DNA of 63,929 nt, filler included, from Craspedostauros australis (Eukaryota), in assembly GCA_030167865.1 (NCBI GenBank). It is 14 parts of 14 records of this genome, joined end to end, with 100 filler letters (N's around TTAATTAATTAA, not from the genome) between each part and the next. Parts side by side here need not be neighbours in the genome. Positions count along the whole stretch, not along the records: positions 28,712 to 60,016 come from JALAGF010002421.1; positions 60,117 to 61,569 come from JALAGF010002423.1; 12 more parts are not named here. One strand, written 5' to 3'. Position 1 is the first letter of the stretch, and every line of letters begins with the position of its first letter. Of this stretch, positions 49,587 to 61,569 are shown piece after piece. Both the position numbers and the translations under genes were made by a program. The notes below the pieces were generated by a model that ran no database searches, had not been told where the DNA came from, and saw only the letters and a program-made list of their open reading frames with translations.

Positions 49587-51381
49587 ATGGCGCAGAACGC
49601 TTTGTTAGGTGAGTTCATGCAGGGTGGACACCATGCCTTCGAAGCAATGTGGCCGCGTGCATGATGGCCACTTCCCACATGCGCGCAATGCGAACGAGTA
49701 CTCATGCCGTGGAAAGCATACAACGCAGCACTGACTCAATTGTGCACATCATCTTCCTTCTTCTTCTTCTCTCTCTCTATCTATCTATCTATATATATCC
49801 ATCTCCTGGCCTTTGGCGTGGCGATGCTTCCGTGTATCCCAACCTTCATGGACAATGCATCAATGCGCATCAATGCCGTTGCAACCTGTTCACTCGTCGC
49901 TGCCAATGCTCTCTCCGCACATGCTACAATTACAATAACCAACCCACCAACAGGAAACCGGATATCCTTGATATCCAAAAAGAACATCCGATACGAAGGA
50001 ACCCTCTACTCGATCAACGAGGCCGATGCGACCGTCGCACTGCAGAACGTGAGAGCGTACGGAACAGAGGGACGCGAGAAGACCGACGCGGAGACCAGCT
50101 TCGTACCCCCTCAGGACTCCATCCACCCCTACCTCGTCTTCCGAGGCTGCGACATCAAAGATCTACACGTCCATGAGAGCGCGTCTCAACCAGCACCATC
50201 CGACCCTGCCATCGTCTCCTCCGACGTCCCGCCCGATATAGCTTCCGCGGCACCGCGCAGCCAACAAGCACCAGCAGCCGCAGCAGCAGGAGACCATGGA
50301 ACGACAGCACCCACAGACAAGTCTGCCTCCGCAGCGACAAGTGCTGGAAATGCGAATGAGGCGCAACAGGCCCAGCCAAAGTCACAGGCAGCCCCAGCGG
50401 CAACCAAAACCAACCAGCGTGCGCAGCACAAGCAAGGCAAGCCATCAGGGGGCCGTGGCGGTGGCAACAACAACAACAACAACAACTATCACGCCAACAA
50501 CCGAAGACCACGCAACCCAAAGAACCAAGTTGGAACTGGAGCGAGTCTGCTCAACAGAAAGGCGCGAGGAACAGTCAGCGGTGCAGGTACGTCCGATTTG
50601 GAGCATGCTCAGTTTCTTGTTGCAAGATGTGTGTGTATGAGCTTTGATTGTAAACATGATCACCGCAACGCTGTGATGTGTGTTGTATGTAACACCACGC
50701 TGTGTGATACGAAGCAGCGTGTGCTTTCATGTGTTATCATCAGCATCCGACTTGTCCGACTCATGTCTCATTTCATCCAAATCCATATATCTCATTGCAA
50801 CGATCGTCAATCGTCTGATCGTTGCGTTGTGCATTGATTATTATCCATTGATTATTGTCCATTGACGGATCACCGATGATGAATCCTCAACACTGCACGG
50901 ACAATGACGAACGACCAATACACAACCATTCACAACTGCAGGCCCGGTGAATGCACCGAAGGGAGACTTCGACTTCGAGTCCAACCTCGCACAGTTCCAG
51001 AAGGAAGAAGACGTCGATGAGTCCGATGATGATGCCGAGGGCAACGGGGGAGCATACGAGAAAGACGACTTTTTTGATTCCATCTCATGCGACGCAATCG
51101 ACAAACGTGACGGAGTCGACAACCGCCTCCGCGGTGCCAGGGAACGTAACTTGAACACGGAAACCTTCGGCGCTGTCGCGTTGAACTCGCAGCGAAGAAG
51201 ACGGCGTGGCGGCGGTGGACGGGGTCGCGGCGGCAGGGGCCGTGGACGTGGTAGAGGTCGTGGCCGCGGTCGTGGCGGCGGCGGCGGTGGAAGATACAAC
51301 CAGAACAGGCCTGGAGCTGGAACCGGAAGGCCAAGAGACCCAGCCACCAGCGACACAACATGGGCCCAGGCAGCAGCCTAA
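49587..51381 (+). CDS. LSM14: LSM14/Scd6/DCP5 family mRNA-decay protein; exons 49587-49608, 49954-50586, 50942-51381
   Basis: Spliced MAQNALLGNRISLISKKNIRYEGTL...VRAYGTEGR...VFRGCDIKDLHV; DFDF, FFDSIS and ETFG boxes; RGG tail. Confidence 0.93.
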
Positions 51382-52082
51382 AGCACTGCAAGTTGCCCGC
51401 CATATTGCAAATGCTACAAAGACTCCGGTGGCGGCGACGGTGATACTACGACTCTTCATGAACGATCAGCAGCATCAGCATCGCCGCCGCAGCTAACAAC
51501 AACTCAACCAAGCACAGTCCAGCATCGCACGTCATGGTGTAATGCTGCGCGACAAACTACAACAAGACACAACACAAACAACAACGACTACTACTACGAC
51601 TACCATCGCAACCGTCGGCATCATCCGACAATTGCACAAGCGGAATGGTCGTTGCTCTCGGCATACAGGCGAAAGGATGCTGAGTTCCGACCAACCCGGT
51701 TTTTCTTTTTTCATTTTTCTTTGACCAGCAAACATTTTAGATCAGGTGAAAGCCATGCGAATACGTGGGGCTGCAAACCATTGCGTTCCTCATCTAAGCA
51801 CAATAGCTAGATCTTGCTGTTTCTTCTCAAGCCTTGTTTTTGAGTCAACGTTTTTTCGGGATGACTGTCATTTCGTGATTGTGAGGGCAACGTGCATGAT
51901 ACTCGTGTGATGCTGCCGTGCATTGGCGCGTGTACAGATACACCACCCGCGATTTGTTTTGCGAACCTGGCTTGCATGTTGATGCGGTCCAACCCCTCTT
52001 AGCGATTATTGCGTTGCCGCCTGAAACATGAAACTACCCATGCGTAGTACTACTCGCACAAGGCTTCTCCATGTGGGCTCCG

Positions 52083-53456
52083 CTACTTGTCGACGCCGCG
52101 GATTACCTTGCCATCCTCATCGAACGCCATGTGCTTCAAGGGAGCAAACGTTCGTCGATGGATGGGCGATGCTCCATGTTGCTTGACCAACGACATGTGC
52201 GCAGCCGTCGGATATCCCTTGTGCTGCTTGAGATTGTACACGGGATACATGGTATCGTACACGCGCATCAATCGATCTCGTGTCACCTTGGCGATGATGG
52301 ATGCTGCCGCGATAGCGAACTCCTTGGTGTCGCCTTTCACGATACCTTCCGACTCGCACGGCATGTCTTTCGGCACGCGATTTCCATCGATCAGCGCGTA
52401 GGCATGCTCCGGTGCTATTGTAGTCCTCCGGTGGCTTGTATTTGCAGCCGCCGCCGTTGCGTTGTTTGCGATCACAAGACCAGAAGCCTGATCGTCGCTG
52501 GCTTCGTCCTGCGGATGACAGTTGTCAGAACACACAACGTACGTCCCTTGCACAAGATCCGGCGATATTTCTTGCAGGACTTGGACATCGTCATCCAAGA
52601 GCTTGGTATCCAGCACGGCCATGGCGGCAAAGCGCATACCTTCCAACGTGGCTTGCAGTATGTTGATTTCATCAATGCGACTCGCGTTGACAACGGCAAC
52701 AGCCCAACGGACTTTGTCGTCCAGCTGCAGAATGTCCTCGTACAGTCGCTCGCGCTTTTCTTCTTTGGCGATCTCCTTGCTATCGACCACGCCATCGATG
52801 TCATCGGGGATGATAATGGCAGCCGCAACGACCGGCCCCGCCAACGGCCCACGTCCGGCTTCATCGATGCCCATGACATGAAACGACGACGACGCATCTT
52901 TGCCAAGCTGTTTGCGCAGCTCCTCTTCGCGCGGTCGCGGCAGGAAGGGTGGAGCTTCCGTGACGCTGCGGCGTCGTTTCGTTGTCTTCTTCTTCTTTGT
53001 GGTCGTTGTGGATTGGAGTCGTTTGGGAGGAGATGCAACAATGGGCTCATCGCCAGCCTTGGCTTGCAATCGTCTGCTGCGGCGCAATGGCGCGGCCTCC
53101 TGCGATGAGATACCGCGTCGGCCGGTGCGTCCCATTGCGAAGAGTCGATTGCTTGCGCTTGTGCTTGTGACAGAATCAGACGATGACAACGACGACGATG
53201 GCGACGATGGCGAAATGGAAAGGTTGGTCGGATGCAGAGCAAGCGACGTGATACTCCTTTTGGAAGTCCGGATGCAGCTAATCTTGGATGTCCCGAGAAG
53301 AAACGGCGATGGATAATTGTTGCGCAGGCCACTAGGGGAGATCCGAGGCAAGAGGAACAGTTGACGTCCGCCAGGCAAGAGCAACGTGGAGAGTGATAAT
53401 GCTGGTGTGCATCTCATGGTGCTTTTTGCCAATGCTGCAATGCAAGTGATTGTCAT
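52083..53456 (-). CDS. rnhB: Bacterial-type ribonuclease HII with an N-terminal extension, probably organellar
   Basis: GIDEAGRGPLAGPVVAAA, DSK, IDEINILQAT, LIDGN, KGD..IAAASIIAKVTRDRLM, HKGYPT..H, PIHRRTF. Start codon uncertain. Confidence 0.92.
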   Translation of the reverse strand: MTITCIAALAKSTMRCTPALSLSTLLLPGGRQLFLLPRISPSGLRNNYPSPFLLGTSKISCIRTSKRSITSLALHPTNLSISPSSPSSSLSSSDSVTSTSASNRLFAMGRTGRRGISSQEAAPLRRSRRLQAKAGDEPIVASPPKRLQSTTTTKKKKTTKRRRSVTEAPPFLPRPREEELRKQLGKDASSSFHVMGIDEAGRGPLAGPVVAAAIIIPDDIDGVVDSKEIAKEEKRERLYEDILQLDDKVRWAVAVVNASRIDEINILQATLEGMRFAAMAVLDTKLLDDDVQVLQEISPDLVQGTYVVCSDNCHPQDEASDDQASGLVIANNATAAAANTSHRRTTIAPEHAYALIDGNRVPKDMPCESEGIVKGDTKEFAIAAASIIAKVTRDRLMRVYDTMYPVYNLKQHKGYPTAAHMSLVKQHGASPIHRRTFAPLKHMAFDEDGKVIRGVDK

Positions 53457-54240
53457 GTTTGGTGATGTGTTTGTATTTCTGGAGCGGACGCGACAAACGA
53501 GGCGACGATGTGTCCAACATCTTCATTTTTTGGCGGGAGATCCACACAGGTGTCAAGTCGAACGACTGGAGGGAATGGTCGCTCGCTGTTCTGTCCAGTG
53601 GTCCGGCCAGTCGAAACTGTTTCTTTCCAAGGAAGCCAACAAACGCAACACGACACACCTTGGGCCACGTCTGGGCTTGGACAATTGAGTTCTTTTGATG
53701 AGGTTTGTTGGCAGACGTGCTCATGTACGATGACAGATGTCATCGACAACAGCAAAAGCAAGACATCAGAATTATCATCACACTCCGTACTCATAAATCC
53801 ATCATCAGCACCAAATCAAACACATCACACTCTCACGAGACTGACAAAGTTGACGCAAACCAGATCTTTGCGAACGCCAACGAGGTTGACACCAACCAGA
53901 TCTTTCCAAACACCGACACGGAGTCGCCGAAGCGTCGTTTCGGGTTCCTTCCTTGCCATTTTCACTTCCGATGGTGTTGTCGGTGTCGTAGGCGTCGTTG
54001 GTGTTGTTGGATGTGAGATTTATCGGGAGGATACCTACCAATACGACAATGGCTTCGAAATCGTGTCCATACCCAGTCAGACCTCGGGCCTCCGACCACC
54101 CAGCATCGTTTGCCTGTTCCATCGATACAGCGCTCGCATCGCTCGTATTCCGAAAAGCAACTTGGCCTCCGCACCCTCACAAAAAGCAGAGACCGCACTG
54201 ATTCATCCATCAAAGCCAACAGACAGCCAGCACCAACATC

Positions 54241-54855
54241 ATGAAGCTCTCCTTCTTCTCCGCCATCACTGCAACCCTCATGCGCATGTTCTCCACCACC
54301 AACAATGACATCCTCTTGCAGAGCTTCGCCGGCGAAAGCGGCTGGGTGTTTCAGAGCGACGATATCTTACCGCATGGATTCTCGACAGGCACGCTCACCG
54401 CCGCAATGGATCGTTCCTTCTTCAATGGTTCCGTCAAGTACCAGCAATTCATCGATGCAATGGGATTCGTCAGGATCATTGGCACCAAGTCCTTCCCAGA
54501 TATCTCCACTTGCGAAGCCATCGAGATCACTGTCAAATCCCTCACCGGCTACCAGGGATACTACATCGCCTTTGGAGACGTCCCTCCAACTCCTGACATG
54601 CCAATCCCAGTGGAGTGGCGCGCCGCCATCCCTATCTCTGGATCTGACCAAAACGCATACACCATCCCACTCAGCGAGTTCAGCGACAACCATGACTTTA
54701 TCACAGGCGATGCCATCATCCCATGCGCCGACGACCCAAGTGTCTGCCCACCCCTGGATGTGCTGTCTAACATCCAGTTCATGGAGGTCTGGGCCCAAGG
54801 CGTCGACGGAACGTTCTACACTGATCTCTTCACCATCAAGGCAGTTGGCTGCTGA
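54241..54855 (+). CDS. CIA30/NDUFAF1-like carbohydrate-binding-fold protein with an N-terminal targeting-like peptide
   Basis: W..SDD...G.S.G, FNGSV, GFVRI, YTIPLSEFS pattern. Confidence 0.65.
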   Translation: MKLSFFSAITATLMRMFSTTNNDILLQSFAGESGWVFQSDDILPHGFSTGTLTAAMDRSFFNGSVKYQQFIDAMGFVRIIGTKSFPDISTCEAIEITVKSLTGYQGYYIAFGDVPPTPDMPIPVEWRAAIPISGSDQNAYTIPLSEFSDNHDFITGDAIIPCADDPSVCPPLDVLSNIQFMEVWAQGVDGTFYTDLFTIKAVGC

Positions 54856-55518
54856 GCTCGCAGTTGCGGCCTGCGCTCTCCTCGAGTAGAGTTGCGGACA
54901 TGGATACTGGTGCGCGGGTTTTCCCGGATCATCCCAACGCAGGCTGGATGGTCATCGCGAAACTTCCGCGACATTGTATCGTGGGATTTCATGTGACTTC
55001 GTACAAGAGCTGCACTACTGGCACTGGAGTCGAGTGCGCGTGTGGACTATCCTCCCGAGAGACATGCTCTCTGCAACATGATAGGATGATCTAGGTGCTT
55101 ATCTAAAAATCCGCATTGTTATGCTATCGTATCCTGAATGGGGTCTTAAGGAGACCACGAGGAATACGAATATGTGCTTGGTTTGTTCATATTCTACGAA
55201 ATAACATTTCTGGAGGCCAATAACAAAGTGCAGCTCGACTCGCTAACGGGGCTCTTTTGGATCGGAGCAGTACATCAGCACGCACCTGCGTTTGAAACGG
55301 TCTCGGAATCGTCTCTCGTTCTGCGAGTCCAAGCGAGACTTGCCATTGGTGTCGATGCACTGTTGAGAAGAGGACGGATACCACAAGGACGAGCTACAGG
55401 TATGTCTGTGTATAGTATTATGCAATTGCTTATGAATACTGTGATTTGTTTGCGGTGCCTGCTCCGTCTGTCGCCTCAGTTGGATTTCTCCGAGTGCACC
55501 ATACTATCGGACGCGCAC

Positions 55519-56610
55519 CTAATTCTTTCCTTCATCGATCAAGACGGGTTCAGGAACAGGAAGGACGATCGGAAACTGGCATGTGCTGCTTCCGTCCGGG
55601 TTCGGCATACACAAAAGGAAGTCCGAGCAGCGATCCTCTTCCCATGGATTTCCGGTGGCTCCGCACGCCTCGCCGTATCCCACAACCAACGTGCATACCG
55701 ACACGTTATTGTCCCTCTTGGGACGGCACCAGTAGTTGTCATTGGGACAGTCTTCGTCTTCGTCGCACGTCTCGAAGCAAAGACCCTCGTTGCACGCCTT
55801 TCCTCTGCCGCAATCCTGCTTCGACTCGCAACGGAGTTTGCATTTGCCTGAGGCATCGGCGATCATGGGATCCTCGACGACGCATTGCATGGTGTTGGGG
55901 TTGCAACGACGTTGGTCTTGGATGGTCGTGAAGCCGCCGCAGTACTCATCCTCGCCCACGTAGTCGCTGCAGATGCTCAGCTCCGGAATGGGCTTTGGCG
56001 ATGGCTTCGGGATGGTGTAGTCAAGGACGCCTTGCGGCTGGCACCATTGATTCTTGCCGCAGTCCTTGTCCTCCTTGCACTTCAACTCACATTTACCTGG
56101 AAGATCTGGGATGAGGGAGACCTGCGGTGGATAGACGCAAGCGCTGGTGGCTGGGTTGCATCTGGATTGCTGTCCTGGAAGGGTGAAACCGCCGCAGCTC
56201 TCGCCGATAGCGGCATAGTCGACGCAGACGGCGTATCCGATGGTCTCGGAAAGACGGCACCAGGTGTCGTCTGTGCAGTCGTCCGGGCCGAAGTCGCAGC
56301 GTGGTCCGCACAGCACCTCGGTGGTGCTGTCACATCCGATCTTGACGAGACCAAGCTCGACCTTGGTTTGCTTGTCGAGGATGGCGACCGTGGCAGTGTG
56401 CCCGCCTCCGGCGCACTCCTGCGTCGCGATGATGGGCGATTGAACTTTCTGGTTCTTGTACTCCTTGCACTGTCGTGCGGCACGTCGAGCGGTTTTGCGC
56501 CATTCCTTCTTCTGTGCCTTCGTGATGTCGTTGGCCTGGACGGAGGATGGTGCGGTGACGGCGGCGAGTGCCAGAACGAAGGAAAGAGTGAAGCGGTTGT
56601 TGATGATCAT
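55519..56610 (-). CDS. Secreted cysteine-rich repeat protein
   Basis: Signal peptide ending VQA|N; repeats CxxDxDCxxxxWC alternating with Y..GE.CG(G/A). Confidence 0.82.
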   Translation of the reverse strand: MIINNRFTLSFVLALAAVTAPSSVQANDITKAQKKEWRKTARRAARQCKEYKNQKVQSPIIATQECAGGGHTATVAILDKQTKVELGLVKIGCDSTTEVLCGPRCDFGPDDCTDDTWCRLSETIGYAVCVDYAAIGESCGGFTLPGQQSRCNPATSACVYPPQVSLIPDLPGKCELKCKEDKDCGKNQWCQPQGVLDYTIPKPSPKPIPELSICSDYVGEDEYCGGFTTIQDQRRCNPNTMQCVVEDPMIADASGKCKLRCESKQDCGRGKACNEGLCFETCDEDEDCPNDNYWCRPKRDNNVSVCTLVVGYGEACGATGNPWEEDRCSDFLLCMPNPDGSSTCQFPIVLPVPEPVLIDEGKN

Positions 56611-59117
56611 CTTGTTGGTTGGTTGTTGGTTGTTGGTTGGTCGTTGATTTGGTTTGATTTGGTTTGGTTTGCGATTGGCCAAGTTGGAGATTTGTGAGAT
56701 TGAAGGAATGGTTTCGATTTGGTTTCATTCAAGCTGTGCAGAGACTGTGTTGGTGGCAGCGGCCTGTGCGTGCGAGTATGGGATGTACATACTGTACGCA
56801 TTGATGGATGCAACTGCAGTGTGCGTTTGTGCACATTCAAGGAGAGGACCATGCTGTCCTCTTTGAGAATAGTGTGATTGTTTGATGATGATCCGCTGAG
56901 GCAAAGCCATCACCCTTCAACGTTCTTTTGACGACCGTCGGCAGATCGGTGGCTTGTTTGTTGTCGTGATTTGTGCTTCTTTGGTGGTGTCTGTCTGCTC
57001 TCTTTATGCCTTTGCTTTCTTTGATGTGTTTGCATTGCTCGTTCGCTTCACGCTTTTCGACTCTTCCGTTTCTTCCTTACCGCACATGTGCATGTATTGC
57101 CAGGTTGTCCCGAAATTGTGAAGCGAAAGTGTCATTGTTCTCCCTTCCATTCACGGATGGCAAATGCATGGCGATGTTGGCACGTTTTCTGAATGCCACG
57201 TTGTGGAACATGCAATCACGGGCTGGCTTCGCGCTTTGTGGTGATGTCGTGGGCTTATTAATGGGACTGAGCGTGGAGGAAAAACATATAACGCGCCAGA
57301 CACGATAAATCCCTCCCAACAAGATTCGATTTGGTGCCTCATGAACGAACAAAGAAAAGTCTGGATGAAACTCCGCCCTTGATTGTTGTTACATGTATGC
57401 GATGTGTGCTCCAAGTTTTCGATCAGAGAGTGTTCTTGACCCATACCCAAGGACCAACACCATCTCTCCTTCATCTTGTTTGCGCGTGCGCAGCATGTGG
57501 CAAGTACGATGGAAGTGTGGGGTGTTCTCAGCAGCCTTCGATAGGTGTTTCTCACCAAGATTGAACCAATCTCGGGAGGCCACGAGAGAGACATTGCTGG
57601 TGCGTGACGAGGCGCGATGCGCAGCAGAACGGTCACACGATACGTAGGTATCGCGATGGTGCAAAGATGCGAAGATTTGAAGGTGCGTCGAGTAGTTGAT
57701 GTCACGACAAGGCGATGACTTTTTGATGATCTGAAGATTCGTTGGCATGATGCACTCAGAGTAGAGAATCGGATCAGATCGGATGGTTCAGATCAAAGCC
57801 ATGATCTGGCGAGGTGTGTCTACTCCGCGGATTCCTCCAGATCTTCACTTATCCCTTCCACGATACGTTTGGAAAGGTGGCGTGGGGGCGGGTGATCTTG
57901 TTTCGTAACTCCTTTTTGCACGATTCCTCCTCCTCCTCCTCCTCCATACCAGCTCGGTAGGCAACTTTACGGCATCTTGCTTCCAGCGCAAGAACCACCG
58001 AAAGCGCAATGGGCCGTCGCAATAAATCCAAAGCAGCGCCATCTCTCGGCTTCACTCTGGGGCTTGTACGCAGACGCACATAGAGTAGAGAGGTTGCAAA
58101 GAGGAGGAGGCTACTCGTTGATTCGAGGACAGTACCATCGAGCAGGAAGCATTGGGCATGTCTTGATCATCATTCTGTTCCTCCGCTTCTCGACCATCTC
58201 ATCGTTTTGGTGGTTGCCTTCATTGATGGGCTGGTCAATTCCTCTTCCATCGGTGCGCGACTTGCATCCTCTTTTGGTTATTATTGATCGTGAATAGTGC
58301 ATTCACATAGATGGTTGCAAAGTTAGATGAGATAATCGTAGAGTACAAAAGGTGACAATGGAAGACGTTGAACATGCGTGGTTTCGTGTCCAACAACCGC
58401 TTAGAAGCAAGGTGAAACGCGTCACATCGCATTACACACACAGTGGATGAATCTGAATAGCGACGTTGATGGAAGCAGCAATCAAGTACCAGCAGCATGA
58501 CAAGCTCAGCGACAGACGTGCCGCGACAAGGCTTCACACACTCGAGACACTTGCATGGCAGGGCATGGACCTCTGCTCCCGAGTCCCATAATAGTGTGTC
58601 CTTATGTATATTCAAGCAGGCAGTTGAATTCGTGCATTGTTCACTGACACGAATCGGTGAGAAGCGCCTTGCGAACTGCCGGTTTCAGGATAACCGTTCG
58701 CTGTGGTTCATGCGGAGCAAGCCTGCCAAAGTTGAGTAATGTACGATGAATTAGAGTGCAGTTTGTTGTGCTAATCTCATGCTTGTGTGTGTTTTATGAT
58801 GAAAGCCACCAATTCCACACAGGTCAGGGTGCCGAACACTTCACACTTGCACTGCCACCAGGGTGATCAGTTCCGTCAGAAGAAGTTGGTTGGTGTTTGG
58901 TTGTTGTTGTTACTAGTAGTTGTGTATCAATTTGTTGGTATATAGTCAAAGGCCAGACGGAGCAGCAAATGGACCCCTGTTCACAGTCTCAGCAGAGACA
59001 ACAGAGACGAGTCATGATAAATTCACATCACATCACATCACATCACACGCGCGCGCACACACACACACACACCACTCATCCGTATCGTCTCCCGATCATC
59101 CCAGGTTATGAGGAAAT

Positions 59118-59582
59118 ATGCCTATACATTCTAACACAATCTCTGTTGTTTTCACCCTCTCTGCTTTTGGAAATCCCCATTCCAACCCATCTCTCCTACT
59201 CTCTCTTCGCTCTGCGCTTCGTTCCATAGCCATCGTCACGCCAGCAAGTGACACCGCTGCCAAAACTCCGTTCCAGGACACTGAGGAACTCTTTGGCCGT
59301 CTCAACTGGACGTGGCTCTCTGACTTTTCCAAGCATTCCAAAACCGCCTCCAATGGTGAGTTCTCTGACTTCCTTGATACCTCCAACAAGGAGTTTGAGG
59401 CTGTCCTGGATGGTTGGATGTCCGGCTCCATCACTTACTGTTTTGGACTTCGCAATCTTCGTGCGTATGCCAAAGCCAACCCTGACTTCAACACATGGTT
59501 CACTACACTGGAACGCCCTGTGCTTCATGCGTTTGGCAAGGCCAACAAGCCCCCCGCTGCTCGCAACAAGCCCTTCTCTTAG
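59118..59582 (+). CDS. Hypothetical small protein or exon; start uncertain
   Basis: 154-codon ORF with a globular-looking C-terminal part; no motif recognised. Confidence 0.35.
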   Translation: MPIHSNTISVVFTLSAFGNPHSNPSLLLSLRSALRSIAIVTPASDTAAKTPFQDTEELFGRLNWTWLSDFSKHSKTASNGEFSDFLDTSNKEFEAVLDGWMSGSITYCFGLRNLRAYAKANPDFNTWFTTLERPVLHAFGKANKPPAARNKPFS

Positions 59583-59675
59583 GCCTCCAGTGCCACTGAC
59601 GCCTTCGCATCTGGTCCCGCAACAGCTGGCACCCGTGCTCCCGCACGTGATGGCACCGCCACGTCCCATGATGGT

Positions 59676-60016
59676 TGTCGAGATGTACATGTGAGTATAT
59701 ATCAAGATGTACGTGTATATGTGCATCGTTCACCCGTTATTCTCTCATACGCACTTGGACGGTATAACTANNNNNNNNNNNNNNNNNNNCTGTGATTCGT
59801 CAGAATTACAGGGGAAATGGAACACACAAAAAGGGGCAAGATTTCTGGAGGAAATTTGCAAATAACGATTTCTGAGAGAATCAGAAGATCGTCTGTCCAT
59901 GCGTCAATGGTACCAAGAGAATCTCGAGGTACTTCCCAACTAAACCTCAGATGACGATATCATCTGACAGACTACTACATCACCAATGGAACGTGACATC
60001 TGGAGAGCAGAAGGAC
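59676..60016. mobile_element. Partial LTR beginning TGTCGAGATG
   Basis: Reverse-complement similarity to 14899-14981, to the right half of 19307-20059 and to ~10000-10200. Confidence 0.75.
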
Positions 60017-60116
60017 NNNNNNNNNNNNNNNNNNNNNNNNNNNNNNNNNNNNNNNNNNNNTTAATTAATTAANNNNNNNNNNNNNNNNNNNNNNNNNNNN
60101 NNNNNNNNNNNNNNNN

Positions 60117-61569
60117 GTCACGCTTCAGCTTGAAGACCCATTTGCACTTGCAGCATCTGCAGCCGCGTGGGATGGCGTCTCGTTTGATCTTGCTATACAC
60201 TTTGCGTGTATCCATGGAGTCAAACTCCTTCTTGATGGCTGCTCAATATCCCTTCCGATGGATGGGATCTGTGTGATTGAAGGCTCCATTGAATGTCATT
60301 GGTTCGATGTACTTCCTTGACTCTCCGTTCTGGTCCTGCATCGACAGTCCAATGTCGATCGCTGGTGATTCGGTAATGATTGCATTCATTCCGTATTATC
60401 CAGTTGTGCTATGATGAGTGATCTCGATCTCTTCATCTTCGTCTTCGATTTCTTCATCATCTGTGGTTTCGTTGTTGTCACTCATTTTGTTGTTTGATTC
60501 GTCAGCTATCTCATCGCTGAGTTCATCACTATCTTTGTTGTATGATGATTCGCTCTCGTAGCCTTCTTCCTTTCGACCTCGTTCATTGAAGTCTTCGAGC
60601 TCGCGCAGAGCTCTGGGAATACTCTTCCCTGCAGTTGACTTGGGATTAGCTTCTCCCTTCCTGCCTCGTGCTTTGTGATGTCGGATCCTCTCCTTTCTAG
60701 CTATGTCACGCTTGCTCGGTTTGCTTGGTGGAGGTCTCAATGGTGTCTCATGTGTAGATCTCGCTGGTGTGTTTGGAGGGGTGACACCTGTCTCATCACC
60801 GGCTTCGTCGCTGGATGGTGGGGTCTCGTCATCCTCATGATTGGATTCGCTCCGATCTTCCTTGTTGTTGTAGATCAGTTGAGTTACTACTCCATCGTCC
60901 TCATCATCCTCATCATCACTGTCTGATAGGATATAGTACCTGTTGCTGTCAGCGAAAGATACTCTCTTTGCTTCCNATGTTTGACGCGTTGCCGTCCTTG
61001 GCGTTGCTCCCTTCCGTCTGATGGTTGTGAAGCCGTATGCGTCTGTTGTTCCTGTTTCGTTGGATATGTTTGGTGCTGGTGCCCAGCCACGGAACTGTCC
61101 ATATGATTGGTTGAGCCACTTGATATCGCGTGAACAGATGAGCGACTTGGTCGATGGTCTGTACATGTTGTAGACCCCTGATGCATGTTGGTGTGCATAT
61201 CCGATGAACACCATCTCTTCTCCTCTGTTCTTGAGTTTGGCGGTAATCCCGCCATAGGTAGTCTTCACAACACCCACCTCTCCGAAAGTGCGGAGTGCAT
61301 CCGCATATGGTGGATCGTTGCCAAAGAATTATCAATGTGGTGACTCCTTCTGGTTCTTCGCTACGGTGATGTTGGCGATGGCAGTGGCAGTGCTAGCAGC
61401 TGCTGCCCACAAGCCGTGCCTATACTCTTTGTCGAGTTGTGCTCCGTTGAGCATGGAGCGGATCTTGGTATAGAGGTACGCGAATTTGCGTTCCACTCTG
61501 CCGTTCTGTTGCGGCGTGTTCGATGCCGTGTATTCGAATTTCACGTTGAGTCCTGCATCGATGAGAATA
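60117..61569 (-). mobile_element. Ty1/copia pol fragment, family A, third copy, with nonsense mutations
   Basis: Highly similar to 13398-14350 and 24150-25570; TPQQNGRVERK; tandem TGA TAA at 61334-61329. Confidence 0.95.

Noticed and set aside
56900..58900. Short ORFs in a 2-kb gene-free stretch
   Set aside because: No coding bias or recognisable motifs.
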